A program made the translations under genes and the position numbers. The notes under the pieces are model-generated. The model did not search any database and had not been told where the DNA came from. It saw nothing but the letters and a program-made list of their open reading frames with translations. Below are positions 34,662-42,507 of a stretch of DNA of 64,000 nucleotides, piece by piece; within the stretch, counting starts at the first letter, position 1, and each line of letters starts with the position of its first letter. The stretch is from a virus, in the IMG/VR virus record IMGVR_UViG_3300029267_002476. The stretch is one strand, 5' to 3'.

Positions 34662-35159
34662 CTAGACAGCCTCTTTCTTTGCCTCCTCTTTGATTTTGAT
34701 AGTCGGAGCGCTAACCTGGGTGACCTCTCCCTCAAACTCAACCTTGCCCGAGCACGTTGTGCGCGGAACCTTGGCTTTCACACCCTCGAAAATCGCGGAG
34801 ATTTTACCCTCCGGGTCCGCCTCTTTGACCGCTGCCTTGCGAGCAGCCTTGGCCTCTTTTTTCGCCGCAGCGCCCCCTGTCCATCCCTTGAGGTACTCGC
34901 TGGCCACTTCCTCGATAACCTTGGCCGCGCCGTCGCGAGTCACCCCGCAGCGCTGAAGAACGAGAATCATGAACTCCTCACTAATAAGCGAGGAAGTGGA
35001 AGCGCGAGTGTAGTCCTCGCCAACCGAGACTTCACCCTGGACACGGACAACAACATCGACATCGTATTTCTCGCCAGCGACGAGATCTTTGCGAGCTGCC
35101 TTGGCGACTTTGGTTTCGACGGCTTTTGCAACAGCAACGGTTTCAACAGATGTCAACAT
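34662..35159 (-). CDS. hypothetical Ala/Lys/Glu-rich protein
   Basis: ATG 35159 lies 6 nt after a GGAG SD. The track start at 35165 is TTG. Confidence 0.5.
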   Translation of the reverse strand: MLTSVETVAVAKAVETKVAKAARKDLVAGEKYDVDVVVRVQGEVSVGEDYTRASTSSLISEEFMILVLQRCGVTRDGAAKVIEEVASEYLKGWTGGAAAKKEAKAARKAAVKEADPEGKISAIFEGVKAKVPRTTCSGKVEFEGEVTQVSAPTIKIKEEAKKEAV

Positions 35160-35210
35160 TTTCAACTCCTCAGTTTCGGGCCGGGGGTTTTCCCCGTCCT
35201 CTCACTATAC

Positions 35211-35239
35211 AATTTACGTCCTGCAAAGGGGTTTGTCAA
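35211..35239 (-). promoter_or_regulatory. sigma70-like promoter (GTTGACAAA, N17, TAAATT)
   Basis: The minus strand reads GTTGACAaacccctttgcaggacgTAAATT. It is a paralog of the promoter at 3093-3121. Confidence 0.55.
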
Positions 35240-35265
35240 CAAGCTGAGGAAAGAAAAAAGCATTT

Positions 35266-35898
35266 CTACAAAAAGAGTGTCTTATCGAAGAAAACGTGCA
35301 TAGGGGGCAGCACCTCCACTCTCATGTCCGATCGCTCCATGAGCATTATCAAGTATTGAGATGTCTCTGTAACAACACCTCCCTTTTCTATTACCTTATA
35401 CGCCGCCTCCAGGCTCTTCTGAGTCACGTCAATGTCTTTCTGCTTGCATCCATATGCCTTGAGCCGACTGGCCACAAGAGCCGGTTCTAGCATCTCTCCC
35501 GTGAGGTACTTGTACACCTCCATGCTGGCCCGCATCGATTCCATCTCATAGTGAGCCCGCGCCGATGTGCTAGTGATGTACTTGAACGGGAACTTCACCG
35601 GATTCTTGCGAAACTGAACAACGTGATGAGCCTCATGAGCTAGATTCGTAACCTGGCTAACCAAGCCCCAGCGCCCCGCCGCCTTCCCTATCTCATAGGG
35701 TATGTAAATCTTATCCCAAAATGTCACGGCGTACTTGTTCATAAAATCTCCGCGATCCTGAACACCGATCATTTGGAGAAAACTCCCAACCATGCGCATC
35801 GTGGATGACTTGTTCTTTCTCAGTACCTTGAAATTGAACTCCGACTGCATGTCGGCCCATAGCTTTACAACCAGATCGCCCGTTAATACCTTTGCCAT
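35266..35898 (-). CDS. HEXXH-motif protein (possible zinc metallopeptidase)
   Basis: NLAHEAHHVVQF contains HEAHH. 210 aa. Confidence 0.4.
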   Translation of the reverse strand: MAKVLTGDLVVKLWADMQSEFNFKVLRKNKSSTMRMVGSFLQMIGVQDRGDFMNKYAVTFWDKIYIPYEIGKAAGRWGLVSQVTNLAHEAHHVVQFRKNPVKFPFKYITSTSARAHYEMESMRASMEVYKYLTGEMLEPALVASRLKAYGCKQKDIDVTQKSLEAAYKVIEKGGVVTETSQYLIMLMERSDMRVEVLPPMHVFFDKTLFL

Positions 35899-36170
35899 CA
35901 GTCACACCCCCCTGGGAGACACGTAGACTCCCCGTCTGTATCCACACAGCATTTCCAGTCCGCCCCGTCGGCGCTCCAGACATCACTGCAATCCATGACC
36001 TCGTCCCAGTCGCCATCGGCGTTGCATATCTCCACCGAGTTCCCAGCGCACCTAGTCACTTCTGCCTCGCACCCCTCGCCGCAAGAGGTAAGGACAAGCA
36101 CAAGGAACCCAAAGCACGTGGCGATGGCCATTAGCGCAAAAAAGGACAACACACCGTTATCAATTCTCAT
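35898..36170 (-). CDS. Cys-rich putative lipoprotein
   Basis: ATG 36170 lies 6 nt after GGGAGG. Signal sequence plus lipobox-like LVLTSC. Nine Cys in the mature part. Confidence 0.45.
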   Translation of the reverse strand: MRIDNGVLSFFALMAIATCFGFLVLVLTSCGEGCEAEVTRCAGNSVEICNADGDWDEVMDCSDVWSADGADWKCCVDTDGESTCLPGGCD

Positions 36171-36414
36171 CTTCATCCTCCCATACTCCAAGGTTCACAT
36201 AGGCGCTTCTCCCGCCCAGCTTCCTGGCCACCTCTGTGCGCTCACATTCAGAGCAGCGAATATCAACATGATAGACATCTCTCTCTGTCGAGAAAGCGCC
36301 CGACTCGGATCTCCTAGCTTGAATATCCTCGGATCCGCATGGACAGACGAGCTTAAACTGAGATGGGCGCGGGCCTCGACGAACGTTAACAATTCGTATC
36401 CTGTCTTCGGTCAC
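36160..36414 (-). CDS. small Cys-containing protein
   Basis: The GTG start lies 12 nt from palindrome copy 7, with a GAGGAGGG SD. CPCG...CSEC. Confidence 0.45.
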   Translation of the reverse strand: MTEDRIRIVNVRRGPRPSQFKLVCPCGSEDIQARRSESGAFSTERDVYHVDIRCSECERTEVARKLGGRSAYVNLGVWEDEDEN

Positions 36415-36426
36415 CTAGCCCTCCTC

Positions 36427-36442
36427 GCGAACTCAAGTTCGC
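36427..36442. promoter_or_regulatory. palindrome family copy 7 (GCGAACTCAAGTTCGC)
   Basis: Perfect. It contains the TGA stop of the MT-A70 gene and lies 12 nt from the next start. Confidence 0.8.
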
Positions 36443-37038
36443 TGTGATAAAGCTCGCAAACCAGACCGTATATCAAGCGGGGATTTCTCCTCGATGAAAT
36501 CGAATACATCCTTGCCGTCGAGTTCCAAGCCTGTCTGATCCCATCCCTCGCATTTGCTGCGAGCGAAAAGCTCAAGCCTCGGAACATCACCATAGAGCTG
36601 GACAATCCGATCTCTGACGGACTCCGGCTTCTCAGAATGCTTGCCGACAGGATCCATGACAACTGAATGAACACCCGCCGAAACGCGAGGCACCTTGCCG
36701 CGCAGCCCAAGCAGCACAAACTCAGCGCAGGCTCTTGTTGTATTTCCCATCCCCCAAAAAAGCGTCTTGGCTTTCTTGTTGGTCTTCACCCACGTGAAGG
36801 CTATGTTCTTGTACTTGAAGCCATATGACCGCATCAAATCGATAGCTTCCGGCATCAGAGGACTCGTGGCCCATAAGAAGAGCGCACAATTCTCCGCAGC
36901 GAGATCCCTTATTCTCATCTGCGAAAGATCTCTCATGCTCATAGTGCTGTATTTATAATCAACGCCGCGCTTGCCTGCGCTCGCCTTGTCCGAATATGAC
37001 CACGGGAAGTCCGCGAGAATAACATTATATTTAGACAC
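36433..37038 (-). CDS. MT-A70-family N6-adenine DNA methyltransferase
   Basis: ILADFPWSY (DPPW-type motif), LFLWATSP, and small size (201 aa). Confidence 0.7.
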   Translation of the reverse strand: MSKYNVILADFPWSYSDKASAGKRGVDYKYSTMSMRDLSQMRIRDLAAENCALFLWATSPLMPEAIDLMRSYGFKYKNIAFTWVKTNKKAKTLFWGMGNTTRACAEFVLLGLRGKVPRVSAGVHSVVMDPVGKHSEKPESVRDRIVQLYGDVPRLELFARSKCEGWDQTGLELDGKDVFDFIEEKSPLDIRSGLRALSQRT

Positions 37039-37096
37039 TCAACCCTGCTTTCAATATTCAACTTGGAAACACTCTACCAGAGACACCTCTTGATTG

Positions 37097-37336
37097 CTAG
37101 CTTGAGCCCTTTGGCTGCTGCGGAGTCTCCGGAAGCTCCATCTTCGTGTAGCCGTACTCTTTAATCAGCTCCGCCCCTTTTTTGGAATCATACTGAAACG
37201 CCCATTCTTTCCCGAATACCGCGAACATTCGATCCCTTGTCTCGTCCCCGGTCCCCTCTATCTCGACGTACCTGCCACGATTCTCGGTGCCCATACCAAA
37301 AGTAAAAATGTATTTGTCTCTCTTCAGAAAATTCAT
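37097..37336 (-). CDS. hypothetical protein
   Basis: ATG 37336 (MNFLKRDKYIF...) follows a GAAAGG SD and avoids overlap with 37350-37802. Confidence 0.45.
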   Translation of the reverse strand: MNFLKRDKYIFTFGMGTENRGRYVEIEGTGDETRDRMFAVFGKEWAFQYDSKKGAELIKEYGYTKMELPETPQQPKGSS

Positions 37337-37349
37337 AACTTCAAACCTT

Positions 37350-37802
37350 TCAACCCTCATGCTTGTCCCAACACGCATTACACAACTGATTAATGGCTCC
37401 CCTTGCCCTGTCGCCGATCCATCTTGAAACCCCGCCTGGTCTGCCCAAGAGCCTCCTGAGCAGCCTCCCTCGTATATCCTCAGCAACCCTGTTGCCGCAA
37501 CCAGGACAGCCCCAGGAAAGCTCGCCCCCTTCGCCAATCGGCACAAACTGATAATCGACACGAACGCATGGGCCGTCCCAGCCGAAAGGCCACCGAACCT
37601 TGATTATCCCCGTTACCTTGGGAGAGCGACCTGCCAGAGATGCTATCCCCGGCTTCTTCTTGTTCTTGACCATGGCCTTAGAAAGACGAAGCTCTATCTC
37701 TCGAACCCTCTCAAGGGCATTTTCTTTCTCAGCAGCCGGGGTGTCTGGGTGATCTATCAAGCGCTCCAGGTCCGCGAGCAAAGCCTTTTTATCAAAACTC
37801 AT
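37350..37802 (-). CDS. hypothetical protein with CxxC pairs
   Basis: 150 aa. It is the first gene downstream of the control region. CPGCG...CNAC. Confidence 0.5.
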   Translation of the reverse strand: MSFDKKALLADLERLIDHPDTPAAEKENALERVREIELRLSKAMVKNKKKPGIASLAGRSPKVTGIIKVRWPFGWDGPCVRVDYQFVPIGEGGELSWGCPGCGNRVAEDIRGRLLRRLLGRPGGVSRWIGDRARGAINQLCNACWDKHEG

Positions 37803-37900
37803 TCAGAAACCTTCCATCAACTTGCCTCAGCTACCAACATGGCCCAATCTTTGAGCCCCTCTTACACGCTAGCTTTTGGGTTTTCAAATCAGCCAAGCGG

Positions 37901-37929
37901 ACGTTAGAGCCTGCTTACTGCTTTGTCAA
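37901..37929 (-). promoter_or_regulatory. sigma70-like promoter (GTTGACAAA, N17, TAACGT)
   Basis: Lies in the divergent control region and would drive the 37802-downward operon. Confidence 0.5.
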
Positions 37930-38001
37930 CCCATATATTGTTACCCTGGGGTATTCGCTTCTTCTTGGCTTTGGAAAGGAAAGAATTTTTAGGTGGAGAA
38001 C

Positions 38002-38030
38002 AATATGCGCGATCATTTTTTGCGTGTCAA
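38002..38030 (-). promoter_or_regulatory. second candidate minus-strand promoter (TTGACA, N17, CATATT)
   Basis: The minus strand reads TTGACAcgcaaaaaatgatcgcgCATATT. Confidence 0.4.
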
Positions 38031-38092
38031 TACCCTAAATTCAAATTCGTATTTCACCCGTGATTCCACATACATAGGTCACTTTTTGACCT

Positions 38093-38108
38093 GCGAACTT
38101 AAGTTCGT
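38093..38108. promoter_or_regulatory. palindrome family copy 8a (GCGAACTTAAGTTCGT, 15/16)
   Basis: Part of the 19-nt direct repeat ACCTGCGAACTTAAGTTCG (38089-38107 and 38129-38147). Confidence 0.8.
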
Positions 38109-38132
38109 TTGCCCAAAAAGGGGCTAAAACCT

Positions 38133-38148
38133 GCGAACTTAAGTTCGC
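38133..38148. promoter_or_regulatory. palindrome family copy 8b (GCGAACTTAAGTTCGC)
   Basis: Perfect. 40 bp from copy 8a, between the divergent promoters. Confidence 0.8.
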
Positions 38149-38195
38149 GGCTTACATTTTTTCAAAACAGGGCCGCGATCCTCCCTGTTGGACAG

Positions 38196-38223
38196 TTGAC
38201 AAACCCATGCTATGCGTTATTTT
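38196..38223 (+). promoter_or_regulatory. plus-strand sigma70-like promoter (GTTGACAAA, N16, TATTTT)
   Basis: This is the only GTTGACAAA copy on the plus strand. It lies upstream of the plus-strand gene. Confidence 0.5.
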
Positions 38224-38323
38224 TTAATAGAAACCAAGCCACCCAGGGAGAGGCAAACTGGAAGAAGCAAACAAGCAAGAAGTCGCTCAGGAAATCTTCC
38301 GACAGTTCGGCGGAAACCGATCA

Positions 38324-38566
38324 ATGGCAATGATCGGTGGTACTCCCATTGCCGACGGCAACACGCTCCGCATTCGCTTCAAAATGAGAGCGGCCAACAA
38401 GGCTAACCTTTTCAAGATAACGCTCAACTCAATGGACACTTATGACCTGGAATTCGGTCGAGTACACGGGATGAAATACAGGATCATCAAGGAGTACAAC
38501 GGCATCTACGCCGATCAACTCCAAGAGATCTTCCGGCAAGATACCTGTCTAGCTCTTAACCTCTAA
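38324..38566 (+). CDS. hypothetical protein (plus strand); the true start may be upstream at CTG 38258
   Basis: 80-aa ATG ORF. The frame is open from 38231. A strong GGGAGAGG SD at 38246-38253 precedes CTG 38258. Convergent with 38567-38929. Confidence 0.5.
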   Translation: MAMIGGTPIADGNTLRIRFKMRAANKANLFKITLNSMDTYDLEFGRVHGMKYRIIKEYNGIYADQLQEIFRQDTCLALNL

Positions 38567-38929
38567 TTAAGAAGTAACAATCGCTACGACAACGGCGCTC
38601 GCTGGGCTCGTGGTCCCCATTGTCCCGCCAGCCGTGACCACAGCAAACGAAAGATTACTGAAGTCCATGCCGCCCGGACAAACGATCTGGCGAACTTGGT
38701 TAGCAGGCACACGGAAGACGTGATCGGGAACCGTGGTCCCTATTGTGGGCGCCGCGTCGTCGTATATCTTCATGAACGAAGAAGACGAGTTTGCAGCATT
38801 ATCCACCTCGATCATGTAGATGGTCCCAGATGTCCCGGTGACATCATTGTTGGCCGTTGCGCCTGCGCTGGTCTCCTTGATTAGATTGGATCCAACTGGA
38901 GAAACTTGGGTGCTTACACTCAGTGTCAT
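38567..38929 (-). CDS. hypothetical structural-module protein
   Basis: 120 aa, Ser/Thr/Ala/Val-rich. It is the last gene of the long minus-strand structural block. Confidence 0.5.
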   Translation of the reverse strand: MTLSVSTQVSPVGSNLIKETSAGATANNDVTGTSGTIYMIEVDNAANSSSSFMKIYDDAAPTIGTTVPDHVFRVPANQVRQIVCPGGMDFSNLSFAVVTAGGTMGTTSPASAVVVAIVTS

Positions 38930-38947
38930 TTAATAGCTCCTTGCTTC

Positions 38948-39214
38948 TTACATTATCCCAGTTACGTCATAGTCGAAGCGATAACCACTGGCATTGCAAC
39001 GCGCCCGCGCATACTCAAGACCCGCCTCATCACCAGACACGATAAACTTCCCCCTTTTAGTAGGGTGGTCATAAATCCTGTCTCCTCCAACACTATCAGC
39101 AAACGCACGTTTCACCCTCCCGTAGTTGTCAATTTTCCTGACCTTCTTGGGTGTCACAGTCCAAGTCTGCGTGCCTTCTATAAGCATCTCGATTTTTTCG
39201 ATCAGCTTCCTCAT
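38948..39214 (-). CDS. hypothetical protein
   Basis: ATG 39214 (MRKLIEKIEML...) follows a GGTGGTGA SD. The longer track ORF overlaps the upstream gene. Confidence 0.45.
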   Translation of the reverse strand: MRKLIEKIEMLIEGTQTWTVTPKKVRKIDNYGRVKRAFADSVGGDRIYDHPTKRGKFIVSGDEAGLEYARARCNASGYRFDYDVTGIM

Positions 39215-39233
39215 CGCAGTCACCACCCGGCGT

Positions 39234-39539
39234 CTATGAGTAGTCGTTAAAGATGACAGCTGCTCGCTTGAGGCACTTTTGTGCGTCCGCGTAGCATTGC
39301 TCGATTTCCTTCTTGTGCTTGTCGGACATCTCGGATTTGCCAAAGCTACCCTTAATGCCTTTGTAGGTCGCCGCAAGCTGGCGTGCCAACTTGATGGACG
39401 CAGTCCAGTTGTTTGCAGCAAAACCAGCTGCCTTGTTAGAGGTTACCTCTTCGAGTTCCCCTTTGTCAGCCTCGGGTTTTTGCTCCTCGGCGGACTTTTC
39501 GATTTTCATTCGGTCGATCATTTCTTGAATTGTGGTCAT
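39234..39539 (-). CDS. hypothetical protein, MTTIQEMI paralog 1
   Basis: 101 aa. It shares its first 9 residues and its SD region with 39600-39872. Confidence 0.5.
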   Translation of the reverse strand: MTTIQEMIDRMKIEKSAEEQKPEADKGELEEVTSNKAAGFAANNWTASIKLARQLAATYKGIKGSFGKSEMSDKHKKEIEQCYADAQKCLKRAAVIFNDYS

Positions 39540-39599
39540 TTTTTTGTTCTCCGATTGATAGCAACTATTACCCTGACAACAACCTGGGCCTGGCTACGA

Positions 39600-39872
39600 C
39601 TAAACATCCCCTATCAAAACACCCTCGATCTCATCGATAATATGCTCGAACTCATCCTCTATCCTAGAGAGCGCCATGATAATGCGCTTGTTCTCTTCGG
39701 AAGTTAGACCAAAACGTTCTTTTTTCTTGAAAATCCCTACCTGGGTCTCAACCCAGCCCGTCTGCTTCTCGATAGCCTTGAGAAATGCTTTAGCCTGCTT
39801 CTTGCCGACCTCTTCCGCCGAAGAGAACTCTTCGAGGTTTCGCTTCTCGATCATTTCTTGAATGGTGGTCAT
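39600..39872 (-). CDS. hypothetical protein, MTTIQEMI paralog 2
   Basis: 90 aa. Its start codon abuts the upstream stop. Confidence 0.5.
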   Translation of the reverse strand: MTTIQEMIEKRNLEEFSSAEEVGKKQAKAFLKAIEKQTGWVETQVGIFKKKERFGLTSEENKRIIMALSRIEDEFEHIIDEIEGVLIGDV

Positions 39873-40670
39873 TTACTTTTTCTCCATATCAGCAGTGACG
39901 GAAATCTCCACGGGTATCCAGATCTCTGTCCGTCCCGATGGCCATTTGCGCCGGGTTGGGTCTACGATAGCATCCCCGAGCTTAATCCCGGAGATGTTGA
40001 CATCCTTCACGGTCCAATCGTTTCTCTCATCCCAACCGACTACTCGCCACACCCAATTGTCTTTCTTGGATAGCCACTTGTCGGCCTGGGATCCAATGCT
40101 ACGCATGGCCTTCTTCGCAGCCGAAGAGAAAGCCTTCCGCAGGCCGTCTATGGCGGGCTTGTCCGTACCTGCAAGGTTGAAGTAATGGTTGGATGCAGCA
40201 GCCTCTACAGTGGCCCCTCCGCCGCCTCCACGACCCGGACGAAGAGTAATCACGAAGGTCGCCTTGCCGCCCTTGAATCGCTTCTTGGTAACGAGGACTT
40301 CCCCCTCATAACCGAGACGAATCTTAGGTTTGCCACCGGCCCATTTGGAACCGTCGGGAAGGATGCCTTTGGCGAAAAACGAAACACCGTTATTGCCCTC
40401 TTTAGACTCGGACAACTCAGACGCCTCAATCCCAGAGACAATCCCTTCAATTTGCTCGATCAAGTTCTTCATATGAGTGCTCTCTGTCTTCCCTGCGATT
40501 CCGCATGTGTGCTTTTCGCTGCTACAGATTTTCTTATAAATTGACGTGACGACCGCGTAAAACTTGTCCGGGTCGGATTTCTCCAGAGAATCACCGTACT
40601 CGTCCTTAACGATCTTCTTGGCCTTCTCCCATGTGACTTCGCCATCTTTACCGGCTATCCATTTTGGCAT
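39873..40670 (-). CDS. hypothetical structural-module protein
   Basis: ATG 40670 (MPKWIAGKDG...) lies next to the upstream stop. Contains a Gly run RPGRGGGGGA. Confidence 0.5.
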   Translation of the reverse strand: MPKWIAGKDGEVTWEKAKKIVKDEYGDSLEKSDPDKFYAVVTSIYKKICSSEKHTCGIAGKTESTHMKNLIEQIEGIVSGIEASELSESKEGNNGVSFFAKGILPDGSKWAGGKPKIRLGYEGEVLVTKKRFKGGKATFVITLRPGRGGGGGATVEAAASNHYFNLAGTDKPAIDGLRKAFSSAAKKAMRSIGSQADKWLSKKDNWVWRVVGWDERNDWTVKDVNISGIKLGDAIVDPTRRKWPSGRTEIWIPVEISVTADMEKK

Positions 40671-40671
40671 C

Positions 40672-41394
40672 TTATTGCCCACCATCAACAATGTCCTTGT
40701 CCAGGAAAGCCCTGATTTTGTTTGGGTTCTCCACCTTCCAACCTGGAGAAAAAGACAAAAAGCCATCAACATCCAAAGTGTCTCCGCGCATTAGTAGCTT
40801 CTTTCTCTTGTTAAAAAGCCACACAACATTTCTGGATGAATCGTTCAGATCGCTCATCCAGCGAGGCTTGGGCCTGTTTGCATAGAAATCGTTAAACTTC
40901 ATAATCGCATCACGTATAGCAGAGGCACCACCGTGAGCGCAGGATACACTAAGGGCTTTGACCCAAGCCTCATAGTTCGACTTCCTGTACTCATCATCTT
41001 CTTTTTTCTTCTTCAATGCCCGCTCGGTAGTAATCTTGGCCTTGATCTTGTCAAGCTGTGACTTCTTAAGCTCACGAGGATACCCAAGAATCATATGCAG
41101 GTGATCCCCGCCGTAAGGAAGAATATCTCCCTCTTTCGTCTCAACCCAATATACATGCACAATCCTGCGACGGCACGACGCACAATTCATCGCATTGTCC
41201 CAATCACTCACTTTCTTAGAAACAAGACCATCCTCTTTCTTGCTCCAAACCTCATCCCACATCCACTTCCACTCGTACGCGATGGCTTTGTTGCCGTTCG
41301 GCCCCTCGACAACCTTGGACTTGGCAGCTTTTTTGACCCAAGAAGGAATGACAGATTCATGAAGCTGTATATATCTCTCGATCAACTCACGCAT
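40672..41394 (-). CDS. hypothetical protein
   Basis: ATG 41394 follows a GAGAGG SD (MRELIERYIQL...). Confidence 0.5.
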   Translation of the reverse strand: MRELIERYIQLHESVIPSWVKKAAKSKVVEGPNGNKAIAYEWKWMWDEVWSKKEDGLVSKKVSDWDNAMNCASCRRRIVHVYWVETKEGDILPYGGDHLHMILGYPRELKKSQLDKIKAKITTERALKKKKEDDEYRKSNYEAWVKALSVSCAHGGASAIRDAIMKFNDFYANRPKPRWMSDLNDSSRNVVWLFNKRKKLLMRGDTLDVDGFLSFSPGWKVENPNKIRAFLDKDIVDGGQ

Positions 41395-41482
41395 GATAAC
41401 CTCTCTCAAATGGCAAAAAAACAACGCCCTTAAATAAATACCACACGAACAATACCATTGTCATTAAACGCGGAACAGGCAG

Positions 41483-41854
41483 CTAGATGGAAGAAATAAC
41501 AGCTTTCATAACTTTACCAACAACGTGGCCAACATCCGTGAAGAATTTGCTAATCCGATCCTTCCGATCAGCCTCAAGCATCTGACGGATACACAGAATG
41601 TCATTCATGGACCATGGGCTCAAAAACGAAAGATCGGGGTTGCCACCGTCGGCCACCTCCATGAATGCTTCGCGAGCCAGCTCGACGCCGCTCCATCCAT
41701 TCCTGGAGACAGAGTCCATGATGACGTTAATGATCGCCAATTGCCACGGGCTCTTGGCCACCTCCCGAAGGTAGGCAATCGCTCCGTTCGCTGCCTCCGT
41801 ATCCTTCACCCCTAACTTCTGATGGGTCGCCAATAGAATGTCGTGCATCGTCAC
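41483..41854 (-). CDS. hypothetical protein
   Basis: 123-aa ORF with protein-like composition. It is partly overlapped by alternative ORF 41727-41963. Confidence 0.5.
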   Translation of the reverse strand: MTMHDILLATHQKLGVKDTEAANGAIAYLREVAKSPWQLAIINVIMDSVSRNGWSGVELAREAFMEVADGGNPDLSFLSPWSMNDILCIRQMLEADRKDRISKFFTDVGHVVGKVMKAVISSI

Positions 41855-41996
41855 TGGGTGCCTCCATCCATGTTTCCTGTGCTTCTAGCGCCCCCATCAT
41901 CCTCCGAGCAGAGCGTTGCCGAGTTCGGAATGACTGATGGATTCTCCGTCGGACGTTCTTCATTGATACCTCCCAGGAATCGCATAAAAGCCGCCC

Positions 41997-42012
41997 GCGA
42001 ACTTGAGTTCGT
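41997..42012. promoter_or_regulatory. palindrome family copy 9 (GCGAACTTGAGTTCGT, 15/16)
   Basis: It abuts the TGA stop at 42012-42014 and lies 33 nt upstream of ATG 41963. Confidence 0.75.
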
Positions 42013-42242
42013 CACGTGATCACTCCTATTCCAGGCGGAACCAGAGCAGAACCACCCGGAGCTTCCGTCACGGATACCTCTGCGTTAGCCACTATGTAGT
42101 CTATGATCGCCGCCGCCTCTTTGTTCAGAGCCGGAGCATCCTTCTCCACCCTGTAACTCTTCCCCCACGCCTCTTTGCGAGCAGCAGCTATGGCGCCAGC
42201 AAGACCAGTCCCCAATAAAGCGTCCCCTGCCTCAAGCGCCAT
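42012..42242 (-). CDS. hypothetical Ala/Gly-rich small protein
   Basis: 76-aa ORF. Confidence 0.45.
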   Translation of the reverse strand: MALEAGDALLGTGLAGAIAAARKEAWGKSYRVEKDAPALNKEAAAIIDYIVANAEVSVTEAPGGSALVPPGIGVIT

Positions 42243-42507
42243 TTTCTGCCTCCTCGGACTTCAATTGCAACAATTTCAAAGCGACGCTCATGACTTGAGC
42301 AACGGACCCGCCATGCTTCTTTGCAAGATCTTCCATCGCATTGAACGTTACCCTCGGAACGAGCATCATCACAAGCTCGTCCATGTTCTCTGCCTGGACA
42401 CTGCCAGCGGTAGACGGCTCTCTGCTCGCCGGAGCAGGCTTCTGGACCGGTCGAGCAACGGGCTCTTCTCTGCTATCAGCAGTGCATTCTACAGCCTTCA
42501 TCGCCAT
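42232..42507 (-). CDS. hypothetical protein, possible C-terminal ribbon-helix-helix
   Basis: MLVPRVTFNAMEDLAKKHGGSVAQVMSVALKLL has a beta-alpha-alpha pattern. Confidence 0.4.
   Translation of the reverse strand: MAMKAVECTADSREEPVARPVQKPAPASREPSTAGSVQAENMDELVMMLVPRVTFNAMEDLAKKHGGSVAQVMSVALKLLQLKSEEAENGA

Noticed and set aside
13594-38323. tRNA genes in the larger intergenic gaps (13594-13828, 37803-38323, 49334-49508)
   Set aside because: I found no GTTCGAATC-type T-loop with matching acceptor and anticodon stems by eye. A tRNAscan run would be needed to be certain.
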